Part shown: positions 10,396 through 20,568 of the stretch, in pieces
Position numbering within the stretch: position 1 is the stretch's first letter
How the letters are laid out: every line of letters starts with the position of its first letter
Origin: a virus
Taxonomy: Duplodnaviria; Caudoviricetes
Reading direction: 5' to 3' (one strand)
Length of the DNA: 64,000 nt
IMG/VR virus record: IMGVR_UViG_3300031993_000008
Span: 96,001 to 160,000 of that record
The notes under the pieces: model-generated
The model's input: only the letters and a program-made list of their open reading frames with translations
What the model was told of the DNA's origin: nothing
The model's database searches: none
Made by a program: the position numbers and the translations under genes

Positions 10396-11094
10396 TTAGT
10401 CAACATAATTGGTTAAAACTCTGATATTTGGTTTTTGTTCCCGTATCAGTTGAGGAAACAAAGCGAAATAATCATATATGTTCTTATCCAACTGGTTAAG
10501 TTCCTCCTTGTTGTTATTGAGAAACATACTTATGAAACTGATATAGTCATCATATGCAAAATCCAAAAGGAACTTTCTGTCAAGATATGAGTTGGGAATC
10601 TGACCATTACATATGAATATCCTGTTGAGCATATCTATTATTCTCTGTGAAAACATATCAGCAAGGTTGAACTCCATCTTATCAACATTATAGATATACC
10701 TCTTAATCAACTTCTTCTTGTCTTTCAACAGGAGAAGTTTATATGTCTTATCTATCTCTTCATCATAAGTGAACTTGAAAGTGATGTATTTGAGTTTCTT
10801 GAACATCCTCAATGAACTAATCATTATATTCATAATATCCTTATTCACATCCAGTTTCAATGAATCCTGATATGCCTGACAACAGATGAAGACATTCAAA
10901 GCATCAATCGCCGGAACATCCTTCCATACATCATCTTCAGTCTTATACTGGGGAAGCATCAGTTCAAAAGTATTTTCAAGACCAAGAACACAAAAGTCAC
11001 TCAAAGGACAGAACAGGGTAATGGTATGTATCTGATTTATCCTTGATATTACATCATCTCTATCTCCTTTTGTGTAATATTCGTTTTTATCCAT
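10396..11094 (-). CDS. Hypothetical protein
   Basis: 232 aa ORF in operon with the exonuclease. Confidence 0.65.
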   Translation of the reverse strand: MDKNEYYTKGDRDDVISRINQIHTITLFCPLSDFCVLGLENTFELMLPQYKTEDDVWKDVPAIDALNVFICCQAYQDSLKLDVNKDIMNIMISSLRMFKKLKYITFKFTYDEEIDKTYKLLLLKDKKKLIKRYIYNVDKMEFNLADMFSQRIIDMLNRIFICNGQIPNSYLDRKFLLDFAYDDYISFISMFLNNNKEELNQLDKNIYDYFALFPQLIREQKPNIRVLTNYVD

Positions 11095-11132
11095 AAATAT
11101 TTAATAATTATCTTTTGTAAAAATAACAAAAT

Positions 11133-11624
11133 ATGACAGGAATCAAAGACCTGAAACCCAGAAGAGGTGGACAATTCAAACAAGGTTATTATGAACCAGT
11201 CTATCCTCAAAAGTACAAGACCAATACAAAGCAGATTATTTATAGGTCTTCATGGGAGTTCAAACTGTGTAAATGGTTTGATCTCACACCGGAAGTATTG
11301 GAATGGGCGTCAGAACCTGTATCAATAAAGTACTTCTTTACCCTGGACAATAAAATGCACACTTATTATCCGGATTTCTATTTCGCCTTTCAGAAACCTG
11401 ATGGCAGGATAGTGAAGTATATAGTTGAGGTAAAACCAACAACACAACTTCAGAAACCTGAAGAACCTAAAAGGAAAACAGTCAATGCTGTAAAGAATTA
11501 CAATTACTTGATGGAAGCATACATCAAGAATACTTGTAAGAGGCAATATGCGAAGAAATGGTGTTCTGAAAATGGTTATGTCTTTGTTTATGTCACAGAG
11601 AAGTCCAACTTGAATTTTTTATAA
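11133..11624 (+). CDS. Head completion nuclease, T4 gp4-like (TnsA-like)
   Basis: QGYYEP..PQKY...IIYRSSWE..W.D..PEVLEWASEP..YYPDF..VEVKP. Confidence 0.85.
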   Translation: MTGIKDLKPRRGGQFKQGYYEPVYPQKYKTNTKQIIYRSSWEFKLCKWFDLTPEVLEWASEPVSIKYFFTLDNKMHTYYPDFYFAFQKPDGRIVKYIVEVKPTTQLQKPEEPKRKTVNAVKNYNYLMEAYIKNTCKRQYAKKWCSENGYVFVYVTEKSNLNFL

Positions 11625-11682
11625 CTATTATTCTTATAATATACAAACGGGCCATTTCTCATAAATATTATACATAAGATAA

Positions 11683-14562
11683 TTGTCTTTAATGCCAGCA
11701 GATAAGAGTTTAAAGGATCTGTCTAATGCAGTCTATAGGATTGCAGAGAATTCACCAAAGATTCAGAAGGATGTCAAGGATATCAGGGATGCTGTATGTG
11801 GTACAGAAGGTATCCTTGAGTCTTTACATACTATTGGTGAAAAGATTGATGGATCCCAGAAAAAAGATGTTCTGTCAAGGACATCAGGTAGGAGGACAGA
11901 TCCTGGCTTGAACACAAAGAAAATCCTCAAAAGTACAAGTTCAATTACCTCCCTTCTCAAGAAAATACTTGGTAGTGTTGATTCCATTTCATCAAAGGGT
12001 GGAAGAAACAGAAGATTACATGCAGAGAATTTCAGAAGGGATGATGACAGAAGAGTCAGGAATGTAAAAGGTCTTGAATCATTGTCAAAATCTGTAGAAA
12101 TTATAGAAAGACTCAAGAATATCAAACTCAAGGATTTCATCTTTGCAAAGAGAAAGATGAAGAATATAGGTAAGATAATGGGAAGAGCCTTGTCTATGTT
12201 CAGGAACTTCAAAAATCAAAAGGAAGTTGATGGTACAGTTGGGTTGGTCAACTCATCAATAGAGATAATGAATAAACTCAAAAAGGTATGGTTGATATCC
12301 AAACCTGCCCAGTGGGGTGAAAAGGCAATTGAAAAGGTATTACTTGGAGGTAAAAAGAATCCAAAAGGAGGTCTTCTTGGAATATTCAGAAAACTCAGTA
12401 AAAATCAAAGACACATAAAGAAAGGTAAGAAATCAATTAATGATATTCTCAAATCATGTGGATCATTCCTGTTGACATCTATGATTCTTGTTGGTATTGC
12501 TGCTGTCTCAGTACCTGCTATGTTGGGAGCTCTTCTTATGAAGGGTGTTGTGTGGTTACTTGTAGGAACATATAAATTCCTCAGTAAGTCTGCCAAATCT
12601 GTAACAAAGGGTTCTATTGTATTGCTGTTGATGAGTTCAAGTGTAATCACATTTGCTCTTGGACTTGGAGTTATGGCAATAGCAACAAAACATATGAGTT
12701 GGAAACAATTTGGAATGATGATGGCAAGTATTGGTGCCCTTGGTACAACAATGGCAGTACTTGGTATTCCTGTTGTTGCTGCCCTTGCTGCTCTTGGTAG
12801 TTCTGTATTGTTACTGATGGGTGCATCCCTTGGTGTATTTGCATTATCTCTTTTGGCATGGAGTAAGGTTGATGCAAAACCGGCAATGAATAATATCAAG
12901 ATAGCCGTCAATGGATTGAAGGAAGTGTTTGGTCTTGATTCAAATAAAAATGAAGGTGAAAAGAAACCATTTCTCAAAAAACTTGCCGGAGGAGTTATGG
13001 ATATTGCTATGGCAGTTCTTAACTTTGGTAAGATGTTCCTTACAATGGGAACATTACTTCTTACTGGCGCTGCATTAGGATTGTTGTATAAAGGTATAAA
13101 ACCTTGGTCAAATTTTGATGGAAGAAAAGCCGCTGGAAATATCAGAACTGCCATCAATGCTTTGAAAGATGTGTTTGGTCTTAATGAAGTAAAGGGAGAT
13201 AACTCTAGTAAATTAAAGGGAATAGGTGGAAGTATCCTTGATATAGGTATTGCAATATTACAGGGTGGAAAGGCACTTATGCAACTTGGTACAATTGTTT
13301 TTGCAACAGCAATGATGGACATTGTAAGACTTACAATGATACCCTGGATAAAAGATTTTGATTCCAAGAAAGCAGCAACAAATATGAAGACTGCTATTGA
13401 TGCATTGAAAGATACCTTTGGTCTTGAAGATAGAAATGGTGAAGATATTAAGTCAAATGCAAAAGGTGGATTGAATGATTTGATAGGTCTTGCATCTTCA
13501 ATATTTCAGATGGGTTCAACATTTGCCAGGATGGGTACACTTGTCTTTGCAACAGCCATGATGGATGTTATAAGACTTACATTGATTCCTTGGAACAATT
13601 ACAATCCAGTACCTGCTATTGGTAATATGGAAACTGCCGTAAAGGGATTGTCTGAATGTTTCGGATTGAGAGAAAACAACCAGAGTGTAAAAGACAGTAT
13701 TCTTGGTTCTATTTCAGATTTGTTCTCACTTGGTTCAGGTCTTATCAAGATGGGTGACACATTTGTCAGGATGGGTACACTCCTTATTGCTACCGGAGCA
13801 ATGAATAAGATTAAGGACAACCTTATGGTTTGGGAAAGTTACAAACCTACCAATGCAATAACAAACATCAGAACTACTGTTGACAGTCTTCTTGATGTAT
13901 TTGGTCTTACAGGAATTAAGAGAATGGAAGATGAGATTAATAATGATTCTTCTGGTAGATTTGGAAAGGTACTTGGAAAGATTGGTAATGCTCTTGCTAA
14001 ACCATTTGAATTAGTAACCTCTTTGGCTGATACAGCTGTAGCCGCTGCTGAAGGAGGAAAGTCAATGTTGAAGATGTCAAGTATCCTTAATGTTACATCT
14101 ACAATGGCAACCATAAAGGGTACACTTGAATCATGGGAAACATTTAATCCATCAAAGTCATTGGAACCTTTTAACAAGAGTATCCGTAGTGTTAATACAT
14201 TGGATATTGAAAAGGCATCAATAATGATTGACCTCTTCAAGTCATTCACTAATATTAAACAGAAACCATTTGACAAGTTTACAATGTCTGTAAATAAGTT
14301 TTCAGAATCTTGTGCTGAACTCATTGAAGCTCTTAATAACTTCAATGGTAGTAATATCAATAGTGTAGAAATCACAGATAAAAATAATGATACTGTTATC
14401 ACAAGAACTGAAAATGTCAATATCAATAATCCAGAATCTTTGGCCCAGGCAATTGCAAAAGCAATCAAATCACTGCCTGTCAATGTTGAGACTAATATGT
14501 CTGATATCAGGTTGGTTGTTGATGGTGTATCAGGTAAAAAGGTTGTACTTTCATTAGAATAA
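11683..14562 (+). CDS. Tape measure-like protein with TM segments and five ~80-aa repeats
   Basis: Basic N-terminus, hydrophobic helices, repeats W..(F/Y)....A..N..TA...L...FGL x5; late promoter at 11660; start TTG 11683 or ATG 11692. Confidence 0.55.
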   Translation: MSLMPADKSLKDLSNAVYRIAENSPKIQKDVKDIRDAVCGTEGILESLHTIGEKIDGSQKKDVLSRTSGRRTDPGLNTKKILKSTSSITSLLKKILGSVDSISSKGGRNRRLHAENFRRDDDRRVRNVKGLESLSKSVEIIERLKNIKLKDFIFAKRKMKNIGKIMGRALSMFRNFKNQKEVDGTVGLVNSSIEIMNKLKKVWLISKPAQWGEKAIEKVLLGGKKNPKGGLLGIFRKLSKNQRHIKKGKKSINDILKSCGSFLLTSMILVGIAAVSVPAMLGALLMKGVVWLLVGTYKFLSKSAKSVTKGSIVLLLMSSSVITFALGLGVMAIATKHMSWKQFGMMMASIGALGTTMAVLGIPVVAALAALGSSVLLLMGASLGVFALSLLAWSKVDAKPAMNNIKIAVNGLKEVFGLDSNKNEGEKKPFLKKLAGGVMDIAMAVLNFGKMFLTMGTLLLTGAALGLLYKGIKPWSNFDGRKAAGNIRTAINALKDVFGLNEVKGDNSSKLKGIGGSILDIGIAILQGGKALMQLGTIVFATAMMDIVRLTMIPWIKDFDSKKAATNMKTAIDALKDTFGLEDRNGEDIKSNAKGGLNDLIGLASSIFQMGSTFARMGTLVFATAMMDVIRLTLIPWNNYNPVPAIGNMETAVKGLSECFGLRENNQSVKDSILGSISDLFSLGSGLIKMGDTFVRMGTLLIATGAMNKIKDNLMVWESYKPTNAITNIRTTVDSLLDVFGLTGIKRMEDEINNDSSGRFGKVLGKIGNALAKPFELVTSLADTAVAAAEGGKSMLKMSSILNVTSTMATIKGTLESWETFNPSKSLEPFNKSIRSVNTLDIEKASIMIDLFKSFTNIKQKPFDKFTMSVNKFSESCAELIEALNNFNGSNINSVEITDKNNDTVITRTENVNINNPESLAQAIAKAIKSLPVNVETNMSDIRLVVDGVSGKKVVLSLE

Positions 14563-14602
14563 TTTTTTTGTTATATTTAATTTATACTATAGTTTTATAA
14601 TT

Positions 14603-15586
14603 ATGAAGATAAGTGAAGACAATTACGAAGAGCAGGTCCGCAAAGAATTTGAAACTACTCAGGAAAAATCAGAAGAAACCAATGTAGTTAAGGATCTTGG
14701 TAGGGTTCAACTCAATAAGGATATAGATGATCCAGACCTTGACAGAATCAAGGGTTCTATGGATTATGTAAATATTCCTCTTGATACTCTTCCAAGTGGT
14801 GGTAGATTCTATCCAGAAGGAACACGAATTCTTATTCGTGCTGCAAGAGTTGGTGAAATCAGAGAGTTCTCAATCATTAATGAGGAAGATCCAAAGGACA
14901 TCAGGGATAAAATGACCTACATTGTTTCACAGTGTACAAAGGTTTATTATGGAAATACCCCTGGTCATTACAAGGATATTCTTGAGGATGACAGGATTGT
15001 TCTTGTGTTCAAGATAAGGGAACTTACCTTTACAGATGCAAGACAGAGTATTAAGATTCCTGTACCAGAAGGTTCATGTCAGACACCTGGTTGTCATCCA
15101 CAGGAGACTGTTGATTTTGATTCAAGTAAACTTGAGTTCTTACATCCAAGTGAAAAACTTGAAAAGTATTATGACCCAGTTGAGAGATGTTATAACATCC
15201 AGACTAAGAGTTTTGGTACAATCAAATTATATCCTCCTACAATTGGAGTGACATCTATTGTTGCTGATTGGATAAGAGAACAGCAGAGAGAAGATAAAAA
15301 AATTGATGCAGCTCTTACTGATATTCTTCTTTATACTATTAAAGATTGGAGGACATTCTCATCAAAACAGATATTTCCAAAGATTACCGAGATGGCAGGA
15401 TGGTCAACAGAGAAGTTTGCATTGGTTCTCAGACTCAAAGATGAAATTACAGTTGGTATTGAGTTTGAAATAAAAGAAAGATGTGCTCAGTGCGGAGGTG
15501 AGTTGACTATCCCAGTTTCCTTTCCCGAAGGATTCAGATCCTTATTTGTTCCGACAATTTCTGATCTCGGAGACGAACTTTTATGA
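14603..15586 (+). CDS. Baseplate hub assembly chaperone, T4 gp26-like
   Basis: LDTLPSGGRFYP...IRAARVGEI; CxxxxC and CxxC. Confidence 0.65.
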   Translation: MKISEDNYEEQVRKEFETTQEKSEETNVVKDLGRVQLNKDIDDPDLDRIKGSMDYVNIPLDTLPSGGRFYPEGTRILIRAARVGEIREFSIINEEDPKDIRDKMTYIVSQCTKVYYGNTPGHYKDILEDDRIVLVFKIRELTFTDARQSIKIPVPEGSCQTPGCHPQETVDFDSSKLEFLHPSEKLEKYYDPVERCYNIQTKSFGTIKLYPPTIGVTSIVADWIREQQREDKKIDAALTDILLYTIKDWRTFSSKQIFPKITEMAGWSTEKFALVLRLKDEITVGIEFEIKERCAQCGGELTIPVSFPEGFRSLFVPTISDLGDELL

Positions 15587-15833
15587 TAATATTGTAATTG
15601 CTATGGAAAAACTCCATATGCAGTGGGATGTTATAATGAGTTTGAATTTCTATGATTTCCAGAATATCCTTGACAGTTATACAAGGATACTTGAACAGAG
15701 AAAGGAAGAAGAGGAGGCAGAGATGAAGAAACAGGGTTATGATGAAAAGACTATGAACCCTCAAAATCTGATGAGTCAGGCAAAAAAGAATATGCCAAAA
15801 ATGCCTACAATAAATACTCCAAAGATAGGTTAG
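15546..15833 (+). CDS. Small tail/baseplate assembly chaperone partner overlapping the gp26-like gene
   Basis: NFYDNIVIAMEKLHMQWDVIMSLNFYDF resembles the small ORF after gp26 in T4-like phages; only TAG-terminated gene seen. Confidence 0.55.
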   Translation: MFRQFLISETNFYDNIVIAMEKLHMQWDVIMSLNFYDFQNILDSYTRILEQRKEEEEAEMKKQGYDEKTMNPQNLMSQAKKNMPKMPTINTPKIG

Positions 15834-15859
15834 CTGATCTGATGACAGAAACAGTTTCG

Positions 15860-15900
15860 GGGCCCGCAAGACATAGAATCTTTGCGGGCCCTGTTGTTTT
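15860..15900. terminator. GC-rich hairpin terminator between convergent genes
   Basis: gggcccgcaa...ttgcgggccc followed by tgttgtttt. Confidence 0.75.
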
Positions 15901-15918
15901 ATATGGTAAATTCAGATG

Positions 15919-18744
15919 TTAATTATTATGTACATTACCAAGGTCTTTGGTGGTTTTTCTTTCTTTTTCTTCCTCACCTTCAACCTTACCTATATATTCC
16001 ATAGTATCAATATCAACAACCTTACTGTTCATAGCATTACCAAGATTCTTTGTAACAACTGTTGCCTTTTCCTTATCATTAAGGTATCCATATATATTAC
16101 CTATATTCAAAGCATCAGCTGCTTTCTTTGGAGGAATACCTGTTGATGCAGATATACCTGTTACAATTTTTCTCAATGCATCATCCATTGCTGTCAGTTC
16201 CTGATTCTTTTGTGAAACAGAACCTAATGCAAAGTTATTGACAACTGTTGTCTTATAGTGGTCATCAACAGCAACAGAAGCATCACGTCTGATATAATCC
16301 CTGTAATCATTGTTATTTACATTACCCAGGACACTCTTATCGAACCACCTTCTGAAGTTTCCATCAATACCAACAGTATTTTTTCTGTCACCCCAACTAC
16401 TATTACTCAAAGAATCTTTCAGACTCTGGTAGTTACTTATTTCACCAGGTTTGATTTCATTGAAATTCTTATTAAGTACATACTTCCTCAAGTCTTCAAA
16501 TGGCAGGAAGTTGATTACACAGTTACCATAAGTAAATGTGAATTTTGTTTTTCTTGCCTCATTATTAGGTAAATTTGAAACACTGTCAAACAATCCACCG
16601 GTTTCATTAGGAACAATCTCACAGTCAAAGAACTTGAACTCAATTGCTGATACATAATTAAGGGCAAACTCTGCAATAGGAAACAAATCACCACTGTCCT
16701 CAACATTTGGGTTATTGATAGAGTTCTTGAAGTTCCTGATGTCATGTACAAAAATAGAACAATTGAATCTCCTCAAATTGATAGGTACTCTCTCCCTTCT
16801 GTATTGTCTGTCATAAGCTGCATTGAAATACTTGTTAAACATTGATGTGACCCTCAAATCAAGAAACTCCATACATTCAATTGAAATCTTGTCATCTCCA
16901 GAACCCATATAAGGATCCTTTATTTCAAAATATTTATTATATGCTTCATCAAGACCGGTTATTGACTGGAACACATAAGGAGTTTCATTTATGAGTTTTT
17001 TCATATCCCTGGTGAATCCCAGCATATCATACACTGTCTGGGGAATTTCAAACAGTTCCCTGGTATTTCTTGTTTGGGGATCTACATAATCTGAAGAAGG
17101 AAGACTGCTGTTTCTTGTTACACTATTTACATCCCTGTTCTGATAATCCTCAATTGTTGAAATATTATCTTTTGTATTCTGTAAATCATTTATCCTATAC
17201 TCTTTTTTTGTATAATCATCATTTTCAAGTTCTTTCTTTGCCTGAAGATAATTATAACATAAACTATTTGGTGCAGGATTGTTTTCAGAACCTATTGTAC
17301 CATCAGGATGTGTACCAAATATATCATTTTCTTTTTTTCTTAAATCTTCATTCTTTTTATTAATAATATCATTTGCACTATTGGCAGATTTGATATTTTC
17401 TATATTTGCCTTTGTTACAAATGCAATCTTTTTGATATATGAATCCAGGTCATCCTTGTTTATCTCTTTTTTCAAACTCTTTTCTTCATTTTCTAAATCC
17501 TTCAATGAAGGGAGTTTAAATGTGGCGGTGGTGGATTTTTTATTCACTTCCTTCTTTTCACCTGAAGGACTGTTGTACATAGAGTCTGTACCTTCCACCA
17601 AAGAAACAAATTCTGCCCAGACATTGTTTATTGAATTCTTGACATCATTCAATACACTGTCATCAACTGTTGTTTTGAGTTTATCTGTATTACTTGAAAG
17701 TGTTGATTTGTAATCATTCAATGATTGTTTGATGTCCAATGTTTCGGATTCTATGCTGTTTTTCTCATTTTCAATCTCTTTTTTCAATTTTGCATACTCT
17801 TCAATTTCCTTCTGGTATGTCTCTTTTAATGCTTCAACATCCTTCTTTTTATTTTCATGTGCAGTTTCAAGTTCCTGCATTTCTTCTTTCTCTTTTGCAA
17901 TCTGCATATCTATTGCTGCTGCTTCAGAACCAATCTTACATTTTACAACACGGTTTGGATCTGGTTGTGGTGAGAATTGAGAGGTTTCACCTTTATAATC
18001 AGTAGCAATCCTGGATGATTCAATACCATTACTGATAAGAGCATCCCTTACTGTCTCAACTCTTCTTTTTGACAAGTCTATATTATGTTGACTGGTACCA
18101 ACCTCACTTGCATAACCAGTAAGTTGTATGGAACTGTCAGGTTGATTATTCATTGATTCAACAAGTTCATTTATCTTTGTGTTCTCACTGGGACTGATAA
18201 AATCCTCATCATTACCAAATAAAATATCCTGTTCATTCTTGAATGAGTTCAGAATATCACTGTAATCATCAAGAATACTTCTGTCAGGAGTACCATTACC
18301 CAAATCTGTAACACCAAAGTCATCTGTATATGTACCTATTGAAACCTTATCAACCATATAAATATAATCAGCAGCACCATAAAGAACATTGTCTATATAG
18401 TGTTTATCCCATAAACCATAACCAGGTCTCCTTCTGTTGTCAGTACCAAATGGATTCTTTGTGTCTATTGTCAATATTTCATATGTACTTGGGTTACCCA
18501 AAATATCAATGGCATTGACCTGATTAAGTTTATTCTCTATACTTTTTGCAATTTCTGTATTTGTTCCATCTGGTGATCTCAAACTGTCTGTAAATTCCTG
18601 TTCACAAAGAGAATAGAACAATGGAGAATGAAGTTTGTCAATATCAAAGGTAAATCCGGTAAATATCGGATCCTCAATACTGTTCCTTGAATTTTGACAA
18701 TACTTGGTCAAAAGATTATGTGTATTCAAAAATTTTATGTCCAT
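15919..18744 (-). CDS. Tail/baseplate-associated protein with inserted OmpA-like peptidoglycan-binding domain and coiled coil
   Basis: ILFGND...IQLTGYASEVG...NIDLSKRRVETVRDAL...GIESSRI...GE...NRVV at 17938-18225; last gene of a late operon. Confidence 0.65.
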   Translation of the reverse strand: MDIKFLNTHNLLTKYCQNSRNSIEDPIFTGFTFDIDKLHSPLFYSLCEQEFTDSLRSPDGTNTEIAKSIENKLNQVNAIDILGNPSTYEILTIDTKNPFGTDNRRRPGYGLWDKHYIDNVLYGAADYIYMVDKVSIGTYTDDFGVTDLGNGTPDRSILDDYSDILNSFKNEQDILFGNDEDFISPSENTKINELVESMNNQPDSSIQLTGYASEVGTSQHNIDLSKRRVETVRDALISNGIESSRIATDYKGETSQFSPQPDPNRVVKCKIGSEAAAIDMQIAKEKEEMQELETAHENKKKDVEALKETYQKEIEEYAKLKKEIENEKNSIESETLDIKQSLNDYKSTLSSNTDKLKTTVDDSVLNDVKNSINNVWAEFVSLVEGTDSMYNSPSGEKKEVNKKSTTATFKLPSLKDLENEEKSLKKEINKDDLDSYIKKIAFVTKANIENIKSANSANDIINKKNEDLRKKENDIFGTHPDGTIGSENNPAPNSLCYNYLQAKKELENDDYTKKEYRINDLQNTKDNISTIEDYQNRDVNSVTRNSSLPSSDYVDPQTRNTRELFEIPQTVYDMLGFTRDMKKLINETPYVFQSITGLDEAYNKYFEIKDPYMGSGDDKISIECMEFLDLRVTSMFNKYFNAAYDRQYRRERVPINLRRFNCSIFVHDIRNFKNSINNPNVEDSGDLFPIAEFALNYVSAIEFKFFDCEIVPNETGGLFDSVSNLPNNEARKTKFTFTYGNCVINFLPFEDLRKYVLNKNFNEIKPGEISNYQSLKDSLSNSSWGDRKNTVGIDGNFRRWFDKSVLGNVNNNDYRDYIRRDASVAVDDHYKTTVVNNFALGSVSQKNQELTAMDDALRKIVTGISASTGIPPKKAADALNIGNIYGYLNDKEKATVVTKNLGNAMNSKVVDIDTMEYIGKVEGEEEKERKTTKDLGNVHNN

Positions 18745-18749
18745 AGTCT

Positions 18750-20564
18750 TTACTCTGTTACTATTATATTTTCTATGATGTTTTCTTCTTTATATTTATC
18801 TATCGCCTTTTTTGCAAGTACATATTCATCCTTGAAACAAGGTTTGTACTCAATCCTGTTAAGACGTAAGTTCATCTTAAGATTATTGTCATTGGAATCA
18901 TAATCAATTTCAATCTCTGTTACTACATACCATCCAGATAATGCTCTGTTGTAAATGACTTCGGGCCATTTGGTTTTCCACTGTCTTGGATTCACTGCCT
19001 CAATGATACCCTCATCTTCAAACTGAATTATGTTGTCATTCTTTGCCTGTTTATATTTAACTGCATCCCCGGTGTCATAATCTTTAATATCCTCTTTTGA
19101 TATTTCCTTCTGGGAATACATATTCTTGTCAAATATATCAACCCACACCCTACTGAACTTTGTGACAGAAGGATTGTAATTTTGGAGTTTTACCTTCAAT
19201 CCACACATCTTCATACACTTCATCTGGTATCTGTTATTCACCTCTGCAAAGTAATACTGCTTGAAAGTGTTGGATGTGTCAATGTTTCCGAAGTTATTGA
19301 ATGACTCTACATTGGTCATATTGTCAACACTTGCCATATTACCATTGATATAGTTCTCATTTGTCATCTGCATCAGGTTGAGAGGTATATATGATTCCTG
19401 TGTAGGTTCATCAGGGATGGACAATATCTTCTGTGATATAACATCTCTCTTTAGATTATCAATAGGTCTTATGACAAAATCACAAGAACTGAACCCCCAG
19501 TTACCAACATTGGAATCACAATATCTTGCATGTGTCTTGTATCCATCAGATAATGATGAACTGGTGTTTGTTATCTCCTCATATGATTCTATATAATTTG
19601 ACCATCCGTCAAACAGTTCATCATTTGTCAGGAAGTAATAACTCAACTTCTGATATTGATTGTTCAGTGGGTCATCATCCTTCTTTAAAGGAAGTTGATT
19701 CTCTGTTGTTTTCTCATCCTTGGTGGGATCAAACTTTGGGATTTCCTGGGGTGGATAACATTTGTATATCATAGCTGGAGTGTCTGTCTTACTTCCACCA
19801 TGTGAAAGAAGTGAATGACATTCCACAAAATTCAATACATTGTACTGGTCAATGAATGATGTGAAGAATGTATTTGGTGAGTAACAGGCATGTGCTGTGA
19901 TGTCTTCCATAAAATCAAAGTATGTACCTGTCTCATTATTTCTCCAGGTCATATTGTCCAGGGTGTTACTCTTTGTAAAGTTAGTGGCAAATCCAAGACC
20001 TGTCCATACTGCGAGATTGAACAATGACTGTATTGCTGTACATTTACCTCCACACCATGCTTCCTTCCTGTATCCATAAGGTATGTTCAATTTACCATTC
20101 ACCCTATATCTGAATCCGCTGTTTCCTACCTTTCTTATATTTGTAAGTATGAAATCCTGACGGATTGGTTTATAATAGAGTTCATCACCCTGACCACCTA
20201 TATGAACCTTGATGATTGCACCGGGTTTAGGTACATTGGTTGACAACATTGAATTGGAACTGTCCATAAAATCAAATGACAAAACAGGAAGAAATCCTGT
20301 GTAGTCCAACTTAAATGTACATATATCAACCTGGTTGATCAACCAGTCATTGATAGAAATCAACGGTATCCTGTATGCATACTTGTAAGGGATGTTATTG
20401 GAATCGTGTATGAACTTCTCATTAAGTATGAACTCACTTACACTGATGGCAGGTTCAACCAACTGAACCGAATTAATTCTGTCTCCAGTCAGTTCAGCAT
20501 ACCTATTGTTGTCATCTATTCCACCTATGGGAAATATTTTATTATAAAGTGTATTTAAATCCAT
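18750..20564 (-). CDS. Baseplate hub protein (gp27/gpD-like)
   Basis: LDYTGFLPVLSFDFMD; FIDQYNVLNFVE; C-terminal LSGWYVVTEIEIDY...MNLRLNR. Confidence 0.55.
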   Translation of the reverse strand: MDLNTLYNKIFPIGGIDDNNRYAELTGDRINSVQLVEPAISVSEFILNEKFIHDSNNIPYKYAYRIPLISINDWLINQVDICTFKLDYTGFLPVLSFDFMDSSNSMLSTNVPKPGAIIKVHIGGQGDELYYKPIRQDFILTNIRKVGNSGFRYRVNGKLNIPYGYRKEAWCGGKCTAIQSLFNLAVWTGLGFATNFTKSNTLDNMTWRNNETGTYFDFMEDITAHACYSPNTFFTSFIDQYNVLNFVECHSLLSHGGSKTDTPAMIYKCYPPQEIPKFDPTKDEKTTENQLPLKKDDDPLNNQYQKLSYYFLTNDELFDGWSNYIESYEEITNTSSSLSDGYKTHARYCDSNVGNWGFSSCDFVIRPIDNLKRDVISQKILSIPDEPTQESYIPLNLMQMTNENYINGNMASVDNMTNVESFNNFGNIDTSNTFKQYYFAEVNNRYQMKCMKMCGLKVKLQNYNPSVTKFSRVWVDIFDKNMYSQKEISKEDIKDYDTGDAVKYKQAKNDNIIQFEDEGIIEAVNPRQWKTKWPEVIYNRALSGWYVVTEIEIDYDSNDNNLKMNLRLNRIEYKPCFKDEYVLAKKAIDKYKEENIIENIIVTE

Positions 20565-20568
20565 ATCC

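Noticed and set aside
11133-11624. Tn7 TnsA transposase
   Set aside because: Matches T4 gp4 head completion protein in size, motifs and context; no other Tn7 genes or ends.
12405-13367. Long antisense ORFs (also 13839-14483, 49916-50632, 51822-52370 and many short ones)
   Set aside because: Shadows of real genes on the opposite strand, with no motifs or promoters.
15834-15915. tRNA or ncRNA in the GC-rich intergenic hairpin
   Set aside because: A single stem between convergent genes with no cloverleaf; best explained as a terminator.
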